39,291 nt of DNA, taken from positions 1-39,291 of IMG/VR virus record IMGVR_UViG_3300005713_000009, one strand, 5' to 3'. Shown one piece after another: positions 1 to 7,254 of this stretch. Within the stretch, counting starts at the first letter, position 1. Each line of letters opens with the position of its first letter. The position numbers and the translations under genes were made by a program. Below the pieces are notes generated by a model. That model was not told the origin of the DNA, did not search any database, and saw only the letters and a program-made list of their open reading frames with translations. This DNA is from a virus. Lineage: Duplodnaviria; Caudoviricetes.

Positions 1-120
1 GTTTTTCAGAATCTTTCAAAGCGTTCACCCGGGTTCACATCTGATAACAGAATCAACCAAATATCACAATAAATCGGGACCGTGCAAGCTCTCGTTTCAC
101 ATTCATTCACAAGTAGTGCC
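1..120. repeat. Terminal direct repeat, left copy (assembly circularisation overlap)
   Basis: Bases 1-120 are identical to 39172-39291. Confidence 0.95.
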
Positions 121-195
121 AAAGAGTTTTACCATTAAATTACCATTCGGCATCCGATGCCGAGGTATTAAATTCTTGAGTCGAAAACGTTTTCC
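1..195. other. Putative attP region, continuous with 39123-39171 across the junction
   Basis: AT-rich non-coding DNA directly downstream of the integrase. Contains repeated TTCAC motifs (24, 34, 96, 106), a TTACCATT repeat and the palindrome TCGGCATC-C-GATGCCGA (147-163). Confidence 0.55.
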
Positions 196-224
196 TTGAA
201 AGCACAATAATAGCAATGTACTAT
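196..224 (+). promoter_or_regulatory. Sigma70-like promoter overlapping an operator-like palindrome
   Basis: TTGAAA-N17-TACTAT; contains TAGCAATGTACTA (211-223). Confidence 0.6.
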
Positions 225-339
225 TGAGCGCAATTTAACCCCTTGGCAGCCGCCCCGACTATCGTTGCTCTTTGGCCTTCGCTCGCACGCCGGCGAAGAG
301 AAAACATCAACCAATAAAATCGCAGGATATGGAGACTAT

Positions 340-582
340 ATGCTCCCTCATGATCTTGGGTTTCATGCCCACCTATGGACCCTTGCCCATACCAGTTACC
401 TCATACTCGCGGATCCGGAGACACCTAAGGCTTTACGTCGCGGCGTGAAGAAAATGATTCGCATAATAATGAAAAAATTGCCGCCCGAGGCAATAATCGA
501 GGTCGCCGCCGCCGAGGCGGAAGCGGCGATCAAGGCGGCGGAGCATCTTCAAGATTTCCGGCGACTAGATCCGGATTCCTGA
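340..582 (+). CDS. Hypothetical protein, convergent with the RHH regulator
   Basis: ORF 265..582. ATG at 340 is preferred because GGAG precedes it and a promoter lies upstream. Confidence 0.5.
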   Translation: MLPHDLGFHAHLWTLAHTSYLILADPETPKALRRGVKKMIRIIMKKLPPEAIIEVAAAEAEAAIKAAEHLQDFRRLDPDS

Positions 583-824
583 CCCTGAGAGAGCTTGGCG
601 AGCAGGTCTGCTCGTTGACGTTGAATCGTGGCTTTCTCAATCTTTCGAAGTTCGTTTATCAAGTCGACGAGCGTCTCCGCATAAAGGTCTAAGGCCGTAA
701 TAGCAAATTCATTCGCCGAGGCGAAGCCAGCCTTAGGCGCAAGCCTGTTTAATCGGTCAATAAGCTGATCGGGGGCGCGCAAATTCCATTGACGCTTTTC
801 GGTCTTTTCGGTCAGTTCGGCCAT
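549..824 (-). CDS. Arc/ribbon-helix-helix regulator, probable immunity repressor
   Basis: GGAGG SD before ATG 824; QWNLRAPDQLIDRLNRLA...SANEFAITAL fits the RHH pattern; C-terminal coiled coil. Confidence 0.7.
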   Translation of the reverse strand: MAELTEKTEKRQWNLRAPDQLIDRLNRLAPKAGFASANEFAITALDLYAETLVDLINELRKIEKATIQRQRADLLAKLSQGQESGSSRRKS

Positions 825-877
825 GTCGGTTCCTCCGTGGCGTCGATTATGGACGAATAGCCGAATAAACAAAAGTG

Positions 878-926
878 TTGACAGGTATGATAGGAAAATG
901 CTATTAAGAATCATAGCGATTTACTA
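878..926 (+). promoter_or_regulatory. Early rightward promoter with two operator-like sites
   Basis: TTGACA (878-883)-N18-TATTAA with an extended TG; imperfect palindromes TAGGAAAATGCTA (891-903) and TAGCGATTTACTA (914-926). Confidence 0.65.
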
Positions 927-948
927 CATCAAGCAGGAGAGGGAAGGA

Positions 949-1137
949 ATGAAAAAGCAAGATCAAATTCCAGCTCAAGACGATGACCTCGAAACGACTC
1001 AGGTCAACATCCGGCTGAGGAGAGGTACGGTCAAATGGCTTGCGGCGAAGCCCGATAAGAAGGCGAAAACAGTTCCGGCCAAAGTTCGCCGCATGGTCGA
1101 ATCTGCCCAAGACGAAGAAGAGAAAAAGGGCGGCTAG
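949..1137 (+). CDS. Small Arc/RHH-like regulator in a Cro-analogous position
   Basis: Purine-rich SD; TQVNIRLRRGTVKWL...TVPAKVRRMVE fits the RHH pattern; divergent from 549..824. Confidence 0.65.
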   Translation: MKKQDQIPAQDDDLETTQVNIRLRRGTVKWLAAKPDKKAKTVPAKVRRMVESAQDEEEKKGG

Positions 1138-1147
1138 ACTTTAAGCT

Positions 1148-1760
1148 CTCGCGCTCGTCGGTTCCTCCGAAGATCCTGACCGAGCGCGAGTGAGGGGGCC
1201 GGGGCGGTTTTTCAGTTGCCGGTGGAACTCCCCGGCCTTCATTCTTTGAATTATGGGGGCTTTTGGAATGCGAGCGCTCGCGGTCACGAGTATCGATACG
1301 TGATCTCTCCGGCCCCCGCCAATCTCCACGCGCGCCGACCGCAAAATCCAATCAAGGCGCGCTCCCGCGCGAGATCGAACGGGGCAATAATCAAGACGAT
1401 CTCGCGCGGGCTTCCTATCTGCGGGGACGCTCGGGGATCGCTGTCATGCCAAATGGGGGAGGAGGCAGCGCTCCCGAGATGCCCGCGATCCCGGCGCCTC
1501 AGCGGGCATTACTGGGGCCTGATCTTTTCAGGTTTGCGCGGGGATGGTTTACCCGGTTTGTGAATGGCCGGGGTTTCTACTCGCGCTTGCATGGGTGCGA
1601 AGTGCCGGCAGGACTCATACCCCCGCCAAGTCGGGCGCAAATCCCGAGCCCATGCATAGATTTTGATCCGCAAGGATTGAACGCTCAGGCCGCGGGCGTT
1701 ACGAGCGCGCGCTCGAGGCGGCTGCTTTATGACTTTTTCATAACGGGCTGAGGCCGCGGG
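1148..1760 (+). ncRNA. Candidate large structured non-coding RNA
   Basis: Near-continuous series of helices, G-U pairs and a GCAA tetraloop on the + strand; no credible ORF (see findings). Confidence 0.5.
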
Positions 1761-1811
1761 CTTATTCAATCTCTTCATTCGCTGGCCCGGCCCGGATTTT
1801 TCTTTTCTGCC

Positions 1812-2747
1812 GTGGCTGTTGAATTCATTACGATCGTCTGGCGCTCATCTCCATATCGCGCGGAAAAACTACTCGTACAGCTCGCCCTGGCCGACTGGTC
1901 GAATCTCGATGGCGAATTTCATCCGACATACAAGCAGATCGCCGAGAAAGCCCGCATCACGAGGCCGGGCGCGATCGGCATCATCCAGGCAATGATCGAA
2001 GACGGCGAAATCGTAATGGTTGAACATAGCGCCGGGGGCGGCAGGGGGAAGCGGAACCATTTCCGCTTCGCCGAGAAATACTGCGCGGCCGTCCGAGAGC
2101 TCTCCCGAAGATGGTCCTCGAAGCGGGCCGAAAGAGTAAAGCAGGATGACTCTTTTAAGGGGGCGGAAAGAGTAAACGAGGATGACTCTTTTAAACCGAA
2201 AAGGGTCAAGGGGGATGACTCTTTTCGGGCGAAAAAGGGTAAACGAGAAACTGCGCATATAAGGAATAAACCGTCATGTTTGCCTGCAAATCCGTTATTG
2301 CAGCAGCAGGCAGCAGACCCGCCCGAGCAATTGCCTGCTGCTGCCTACAATGACGCTCACTCATCCCGCTTTCCATTCCCGGATGTCGAAGCCTTCGTTG
2401 AAGCCACAAAGCCGCACATCAAGAATCCTGGGGGCCTCGCTCGAATCATCTGGCGCAGCGGTGAAGAAGACGAGCGGATCGAGCGATGGACGAAGCGGCA
2501 GCAAAAGCGCCAGGAGATCGAAGAGCGGCAACCGTCGCCCGAAATCGCGGCGGACTTTTCGATGGACGATTGGATCGATGATCTGATCGCAAATAACTGG
2601 ATCGCTCAGCTCGAGAACGAGCGAGAGCAGATCGAAGCCAAGGGCGGGCCGAAGCTCGATTACGAGCGCAAGATCATCGCCTATTTCAACAACAGGGCGG
2701 CGAGTGAAGCCGCACAACAAGGAGGTAACCAGTGGAGAAAATCTTGA
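1812..2747 (+). CDS. Phage replication initiator (N-terminal winged HTH, lambda O-like organisation)
   Basis: KLLVQLALADWSN..G...PTYKQIAEKARIT is an HTH typical of replisome organisers; the gene contains internal iterons. Confidence 0.8.
   Translation: MAVEFITIVWRSSPYRAEKLLVQLALADWSNLDGEFHPTYKQIAEKARITRPGAIGIIQAMIEDGEIVMVEHSAGGGRGKRNHFRFAEKYCAAVRELSRRWSSKRAERVKQDDSFKGAERVNEDDSFKPKRVKGDDSFRAKKGKRETAHIRNKPSCLPANPLLQQQAADPPEQLPAAAYNDAHSSRFPFPDVEAFVEATKPHIKNPGGLARIIWRSGEEDERIERWTKRQQKRQEIEERQPSPEIAADFSMDDWIDDLIANNWIAQLENEREQIEAKGGPKLDYERKIIAYFNNRAASEAAQQGGNQWRKS
2131..2245. repeat. Iterons, putative replication origin
   Basis: Three copies of the imperfect palindrome AAAGRGT-N11-ACTCTTT at 2131, 2167 and 2200, a half copy at 2234, then an A-rich stretch. 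Confidence 0.75.
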
Positions 2748-3085
2748 CCAGTAATGAGAAAACTGAGCGCCTGGTAGTTCACGCCAGCCGGCTGAAGGTC
2801 TTCGCGGAGAAATTAGGCGAGCGCGGGCGAGGCATGATCGAGGCCGAGGCCTATGCGATCCTCGAAGTATTCATGCCGAGGCCGCTCGCGATCCTGCGCT
2901 ACGCCAGGCGCGGATTTAAGCAATGGCGCCTCTCGAAGTGGATCACGCTCGAGGTCAATGCTCGCATTTGGTGGTATCAGCGGGTGAAGGGGCTCGAGAC
3001 TGAGGCGGCGATCAATCTGGCCTGCGCCGCGGTCGGGGCGAGAAATGGGGCGAAAGCGTTCCCCACGCAGAAAGGGGGCGCGTGA
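2732..3085 (+). CDS. Hypothetical protein
   Basis: GGAGG SD; overlaps the end of the rep gene. Confidence 0.65.
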   Translation: MEKILTSNEKTERLVVHASRLKVFAEKLGERGRGMIEAEAYAILEVFMPRPLAILRYARRGFKQWRLSKWITLEVNARIWWYQRVKGLETEAAINLACAAVGARNGAKAFPTQKGGA

Positions 3086-3360
3086 TGTGGATTTTTCCGA
3101 TTGCGCCAGAAGATTTGGCCCACCCGAAGCAGTGCGCCGACTGCGGCAAGCCGATCATTTGGGCGAAGACAGGGAAGGGTAATCACGTCGCGATCAATCC
3201 TGGCTTCAAGGTTCTTGAGACGCTCGAATTCGGCGACGACGGCTATTTACATTTGATATCGCGCGAGGCCGCGCATTACGTCACGTGCGAAGAGCGCGCC
3301 GAACCACAGCCGGCCCTGACAAGGCGCGGAAGGAGGAAGAAAGCCGATGTGGATTTATGA
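3082..3360 (+). CDS. Small Zn-binding phage protein (paralogue 1)
   Basis: CxxCG.PIIWAKT.KG...H..TC motif; coupled start/stop with the upstream gene. Confidence 0.7.
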   Translation: MMWIFPIAPEDLAHPKQCADCGKPIIWAKTGKGNHVAINPGFKVLETLEFGDDGYLHLISREAAHYVTCEERAEPQPALTRRGRRKKADVDL

Positions 3361-3613
3361 GCCCGAGCCTGAGGCGCTCGCGCATCCGAAGAAATGCAAG
3401 TGCGGCGCCGAGATCGTCTTTTGCAAAACTAAAGCCGGCAGGATGGCGCCGCTCGAGGCCGGATTCGAAATAAGAGGCAGAATGAAAATGAGCTATTTCG
3501 AGCTCGTCGACGGCGAGCAGAAAACCATTAGCCTCGAGCTCTGCGAAGTGGACAATGGGGCGAATCACTTTTCGACCTGCAAATTCGCTCACTCATTCAG
3601 ACGGAGGAAATAA
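3347..3613 (+). CDS. Small Zn-binding phage protein (paralogue 2)
   Basis: MWIY.P.PE.LAHPK.C.CG..I.F.KT..G...HFSTC, clearly similar to the preceding ORF. Confidence 0.7.
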   Translation: MWIYEPEPEALAHPKKCKCGAEIVFCKTKAGRMAPLEAGFEIRGRMKMSYFELVDGEQKTISLELCEVDNGANHFSTCKFAHSFRRRK

Positions 3614-4704
3614 TGGGAAGAAAGAAAGCGAAGCAAGACGAATTGCCCGGCATGGAGCGGCGCGACGTGCCGGAGATCGAACAGGCCGCCGACAGTTATC
3701 GCCAGATCAGGGACGAGCGATGCGCATTGTCGAAGCGTGAGAGCGAAGCGAAGGCGGCATTGATTCAGGTAATGAAAAACAAGGGGCGCGCCTATTACAG
3801 CTATAACGGACTGATTGTGCAATTGAGCAATCAGGAAAACGTGAAGGTCAAAGCGAAAGACGAAGACGATGATGAGCCGATCGGGACCTTCGTCGGGCGC
3901 GATCGCGAGATTGAGGCCGAGGAGCGGCCCGAATGGGCGTCGCCCATTCCGCCTGAGCCAGAGCAGGCGGAGCCGAGCGAGGAGGAGCGCGAGCGCCTGC
4001 ACAGGGAGGCCGTTGCGACCTGGCGCAGAGAGAGGCCTGCATCGATCGAAGATGAAGACGACGGCGGGACGCCATTGCCGACTGAGTTCGATGAAGTGGC
4101 AATGAAGCGGATAGCAAGCCATTTGATCGGATTCGACGGTCTGCATAAGCCGGTCAAAATCTGCCAGGTGCTTGGCCAGCCACATATCATCGTCGGCATC
4201 GACAGTGAAGACGCGCGCGTGATTAATGCCTATCCGATCCTGCCGCTTCAGAACGTCGGCGAGGATGAAGAAGCAAGACTCAGCTCAGGCGAAGATGTCT
4301 ACATCGGGCGAAGGATCAATTGCGGATCGAAGAAGCGACCGGACCCGTGGGTGATCGTAGGACCGGAGACAATTTTTAAGCTCAGGCCGGCAGCCCAAGC
4401 TGATGACTTCACGGCCCCGCGCTGCAATGAATGCAAGATGATTGACGGCGCGCACACGAAGGAATGCCCGAACAATCCCGATCGGCTGACCTATGAGGAT
4501 TACTTGGGCTATTGCAAGACGCAGTATAAAACCAATGCGGCGAGCTATGCGCGCAAGATGGAATTGATTCGCGATCCCGGACAAGATGAGTTTGTTCGAG
4601 AATGGAAGCAGCGGCAGGCAGGCAACAGCGCCGAGGCCGAGCCAAAGGGGAAGAAATCGAAGCGCGGCGGGCTCACGCTCGTCGAGCAGGCAATCGACAG
4701 ATAA
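3613..4704 (+). CDS. Multi-domain hypothetical protein (acidic linker, CxxC..H...C motif)
   Basis: 363-aa ORF, GGAGG SD, TAATG coupling. Confidence 0.75.
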   Translation: MGRKKAKQDELPGMERRDVPEIEQAADSYRQIRDERCALSKRESEAKAALIQVMKNKGRAYYSYNGLIVQLSNQENVKVKAKDEDDDEPIGTFVGRDREIEAEERPEWASPIPPEPEQAEPSEEERERLHREAVATWRRERPASIEDEDDGGTPLPTEFDEVAMKRIASHLIGFDGLHKPVKICQVLGQPHIIVGIDSEDARVINAYPILPLQNVGEDEEARLSSGEDVYIGRRINCGSKKRPDPWVIVGPETIFKLRPAAQADDFTAPRCNECKMIDGAHTKECPNNPDRLTYEDYLGYCKTQYKTNAASYARKMELIRDPGQDEFVREWKQRQAGNSAEAEPKGKKSKRGGLTLVEQAIDR

Positions 4705-4722
4705 AGGGGGATAAAGAATTTT

Positions 4723-5010
4723 ATGGCTGAGAAACTTTCTTATACCGATGCGCTGCACGGCATTCAGACCGGCATCGCGCTCGAGATCGAGCGGGGCTCG
4801 ATGTGCGCGAATCCGAAACATCTTCGAGTGGGCCTTAACGCCTCGAAGAGCGATCAGGCCGGCCTCGTGCGCCTGCTCATCGCCAAGGGCATTTTCACCG
4901 AAGAGGAATACATCGAGGCGGTCACCGATGAGATCAATCTCGAGCTCGAGCGAGAAGAGAAAACGGTCAATGATCTCTATAACGCCTACGGCACAATCAA
5001 ACTCAGATGA
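4723..5010 (+). CDS. Hypothetical phage protein
   Basis: Clean ORF within the operon; PKHLRVGLN motif. Confidence 0.7.
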   Translation: MAEKLSYTDALHGIQTGIALEIERGSMCANPKHLRVGLNASKSDQAGLVRLLIAKGIFTEEEYIEAVTDEINLELEREEKTVNDLYNAYGTIKLR

Positions 5011-5024
5011 GGGGGAAGGGAGCG

Positions 5025-5315
5025 ATGAATAAGCGATCATTCAGGCGAGGTCTGAAAGACCCGGAACTGCGCGAAGGATGGACGCGGGTGATCGAGCAAG
5101 TCGAAGGATTCGAAGCCCCGACAATCGAAGCGGCTCTTCAATGTTGTTTCGAGAAAGTCTTGAAAAAGACTATCGACGAAATCAACCGGCAGGCCGCCGA
5201 AGAAATAAGCGGCTTGCCAATACAAGCATGGGGCATAATCACCGGCAAGACGGGTCAATCATTTCGAATAACGATCGACTGCGAGCCGCCTTCGATTGAC
5301 CCCAATCTAAATTAA
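5025..5315 (+). CDS. Hypothetical protein
   Basis: GGGAG SD before ATG 5025. Confidence 0.6.
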   Translation: MNKRSFRRGLKDPELREGWTRVIEQVEGFEAPTIEAALQCCFEKVLKKTIDEINRQAAEEISGLPIQAWGIITGKTGQSFRITIDCEPPSIDPNLN

Positions 5316-5483
5316 ACGACCGCCCCGGCCCCTGCTTGCGACAGGAGCCGGAGCTTCACGATCAACCAGCAGGTTAAGGCACGGTTGACCGCTAGCCGCA
5401 AAAGCGGCGCGGATACTCTCCCCCGAGCAGGGAAGGGGAGTCAAGATTACCGTGTCTTCTCTTAAATTTAGGGGAGACAGAAA

Positions 5484-6155
5484 ATGAACTCAGTTCAAGA
5501 TGCTTTCAAGTACAACAAAGCTCGAAAGAACGTGATCGTCGGGGGCATGGTCATCCTGATTTGCATCACGGCTCTCTCTTGCGTGTCGTCATTTATGATC
5601 TACCGGGCCGGCTTCGGCGATATGCCATTCATCTTTCAGCAGGCGCTCGCGCTCTTCGCCGTCGTCGTCGTCGAGGGCGCCTTCGTCTGGCTCGTCTATG
5701 GCTTTACTCGCGCTTTTTCATCCGGCCTCGAGCGATTGATTGCCCTCGGCGGCATGGGCTTTCTCGTGACCGTGATGCTCATCAATCTCGTGACTCACTT
5801 CATGATGATCAAAAAGGCCGAGCTCAGCCAATTTCAACTGGAGTGGATTGATTGGGGCGCCGTGACGGTCTTCATCGCCGTCTTGCTCGTCGTGCTCTTC
5901 ATTACCCTGGCGGACCCGGTTATTCGCCTCATTCGCCTCGAGCTCAGATATAAAGGCAAACAGGAAGAGAAGATTCTCGAAGCAAAGACCGAAGCGCTTG
6001 AAAGTGGGAAAATTCAGCAGGCGATGAAGCAGCGCGCGACTTATGAGGCCGATCGCCTGGCTGATCAGATCGTCGGCGAAGCCGATTTCCCGCCCGAGCT
6101 CGAGGCCGCGACGCGCGAGACCGGGCGATTATCGGGAAAAGACATCCGCCGATAG
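5484..6155 (+). CDS. Four-transmembrane protein with cytoplasmic coiled coil
   Basis: Four hydrophobic segments followed by a charged helix; GGGGAG SD. Confidence 0.8.
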   Translation: MNSVQDAFKYNKARKNVIVGGMVILICITALSCVSSFMIYRAGFGDMPFIFQQALALFAVVVVEGAFVWLVYGFTRAFSSGLERLIALGGMGFLVTVMLINLVTHFMMIKKAELSQFQLEWIDWGAVTVFIAVLLVVLFITLADPVIRLIRLELRYKGKQEEKILEAKTEALESGKIQQAMKQRATYEADRLADQIVGEADFPPELEAATRETGRLSGKDIRR

Positions 6156-6721
6156 AGGCGGCGGACGTCCGCATCCCCGGAAAAAGGGAGCAAGTTCCGA
6201 TTGCTCCCCAGGGAGCAAATATATCAGGTCCGGAGCAGGAATTACCATCGTCGAAATCTGCTCCCCAGGGAGCAAAAGAGCGACCGCTCCCCTCAAATGT
6301 CGTGCCCTTTGCTCCCCAGGGAGCAAAGCAAGCTAAAAGCCCGAAAGCAAAGAAGAAAGCCCGGGGAGCAAAGCGCTCGAGCTCCCCAGGGAGCAGGGAA
6401 GTCGAATGGCTCAAATCTCTGCTCCCCCCGGCGAAGGGAGGATGGTGGGATGTGGCCGAAGATGGTAAAGGGTGGAAGCTCGGCCTCCGATGGCGAGAGG
6501 GGAGCATCCAGCGTAAGCTACCGATGCCGCGGATCAGCGCGGAGCATTTTCAAACATTGAAGGAGGCGAATCATGAGAGAGCGAAATGGCTCATCGCGGA
6601 TCGAATCTTCGGACACGTCGAGGACCTCTGCTCCCCCGAGGGAAGGCGAGCCGAGCGAGCCCGAGCGGCTGCCGAGAGGCTCGGGTTTGCTATTAGAAAC
6701 GATCTTCATGCTCGCGCGTGA
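6140..6721 (+). CDS. Probable -1 frameshift extension of the 4-TM protein (Pro-rich linker plus Trp-rich basic domain)
   Basis: Frame is open 6065-6721 with no ATG/GTG/TTG before 6302; slippery G_GGA_AAA at 6134-6140 and a hairpin at 6145-6165. Confidence 0.55.
   Translation, partial: RHPPIEAADVRIPGKREQVPIAPQGANISGPEQELPSSKSAPQGAKERPLPSNVVPFAPQGAKQAKSPKAKKKARGAKRSSSPGSREVEWLKSLLPPAKGGWWDVAEDGKGWKLGLRWREGSIQRKLPMPRISAEHFQTLKEANHERAKWLIADRIFGHVEDLCSPEGRRAERARAAAERLGFAIRNDLHARA
6185..6430. repeat. Cluster of 16-bp palindromes TGCTCCC-CA-GGGAGCA
   Basis: Full copies at 6202, 6259, 6310 and 6380 (first base differs); half copies at 6185, 6286, 6363 and 6420. Confidence 0.85.
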
Positions 6722-6833
6722 GATCCAGGCGGCCAATGAGCTCGATCAGGCGCAAGCGCTCGCGGCGAGCATCGCCGAGGACGTCGGGGAACTGATCGAG
6801 CGATATAATCGGCAGATGAAAATCGCAGCATAG
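6573..6833 (+). CDS. Small helical hypothetical protein (start 6573 or 6708)
   Basis: AGGAGG SD before ATG 6573; fills the gap before 6844. Confidence 0.45.
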   Translation: MRERNGSSRIESSDTSRTSAPPREGEPSEPERLPRGSGLLLETIFMLAREIQAANELDQAQALAASIAEDVGELIERYNRQMKIAA

Positions 6834-6843
6834 GAGAAAGCAG

Positions 6844-7251
6844 ATGAAACAAGGACAATCAATCGAAGAATTCCGCAACGACCTCAAACGTATGTCGGCG
6901 CGCACCCATGAACTCGAGCGCCAACTCGCCAACTGCGCAAACGGCAAACTGCCCGAAGACGCGCGACTCGACCCGAGCATGATCATGATCAGCTCAATGG
7001 TCGCCTCTTTGACGGGCGAGCCGATGGTTATGCTCCGATGGTTTACGCACGTCGCGCAGATTACGGCCGATCAGGCGCGCGAGCTCGCTTTCGATCTGAT
7101 CGACGTGGCCGAGGCGGCAAAGAGCGATGCTTTCCTGATGCAGTTTATGAGCAAGCTCACCGGCAGGCCTAATGCCGGCATGGCGGTCATCGCAGAATTC
7201 AGGGAGTTTAGGTGGCAGCAGGCAGGCAAAACGAGCGAAAAAGAAAGGTGA
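6844..7251 (+). CDS. Hypothetical protein
   Basis: AGGAG SD; clean ORF. Confidence 0.7.
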   Translation: MKQGQSIEEFRNDLKRMSARTHELERQLANCANGKLPEDARLDPSMIMISSMVASLTGEPMVMLRWFTHVAQITADQARELAFDLIDVAEAAKSDAFLMQFMSKLTGRPNAGMAVIAEFREFRWQQAGKTSEKER

Positions 7252-7254
7252 TTT

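Noticed and set aside
1-120. Physical terminal repeats of the virion DNA, or attL/attR
   Set aside because: An exact end overlap with no flanking host DNA is most simply an assembler circularisation artefact; read data are needed to define the real termini.
1148-1760. tmRNA, RNase P RNA or group I/II intron identity for the structured region
   Set aside because: I could not find the hallmark motifs (tmRNA T-arm plus tag ORF, RNase P GAGGAAAGUCC, group II domain V). The GGGGGC...GCCCCCGCCA segment at 1255-1321 lacks a T-loop.
1031-1778. ORFs 1031..1351, 1216..1563, 1263..1751 and 1509..1778 as proteins
   Set aside because: They have no SDs, Arg/Pro/Gly-rich shadow composition and mutual overlaps; RNA structure explains the region better.
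6185-6430. Mini CRISPR array
   Set aside because: The repeat is only 16-18 bp, spacing is irregular (57, 51, 70), half copies lie within the spacers, it sits inside an open frame, and there is no leader or cas gene.
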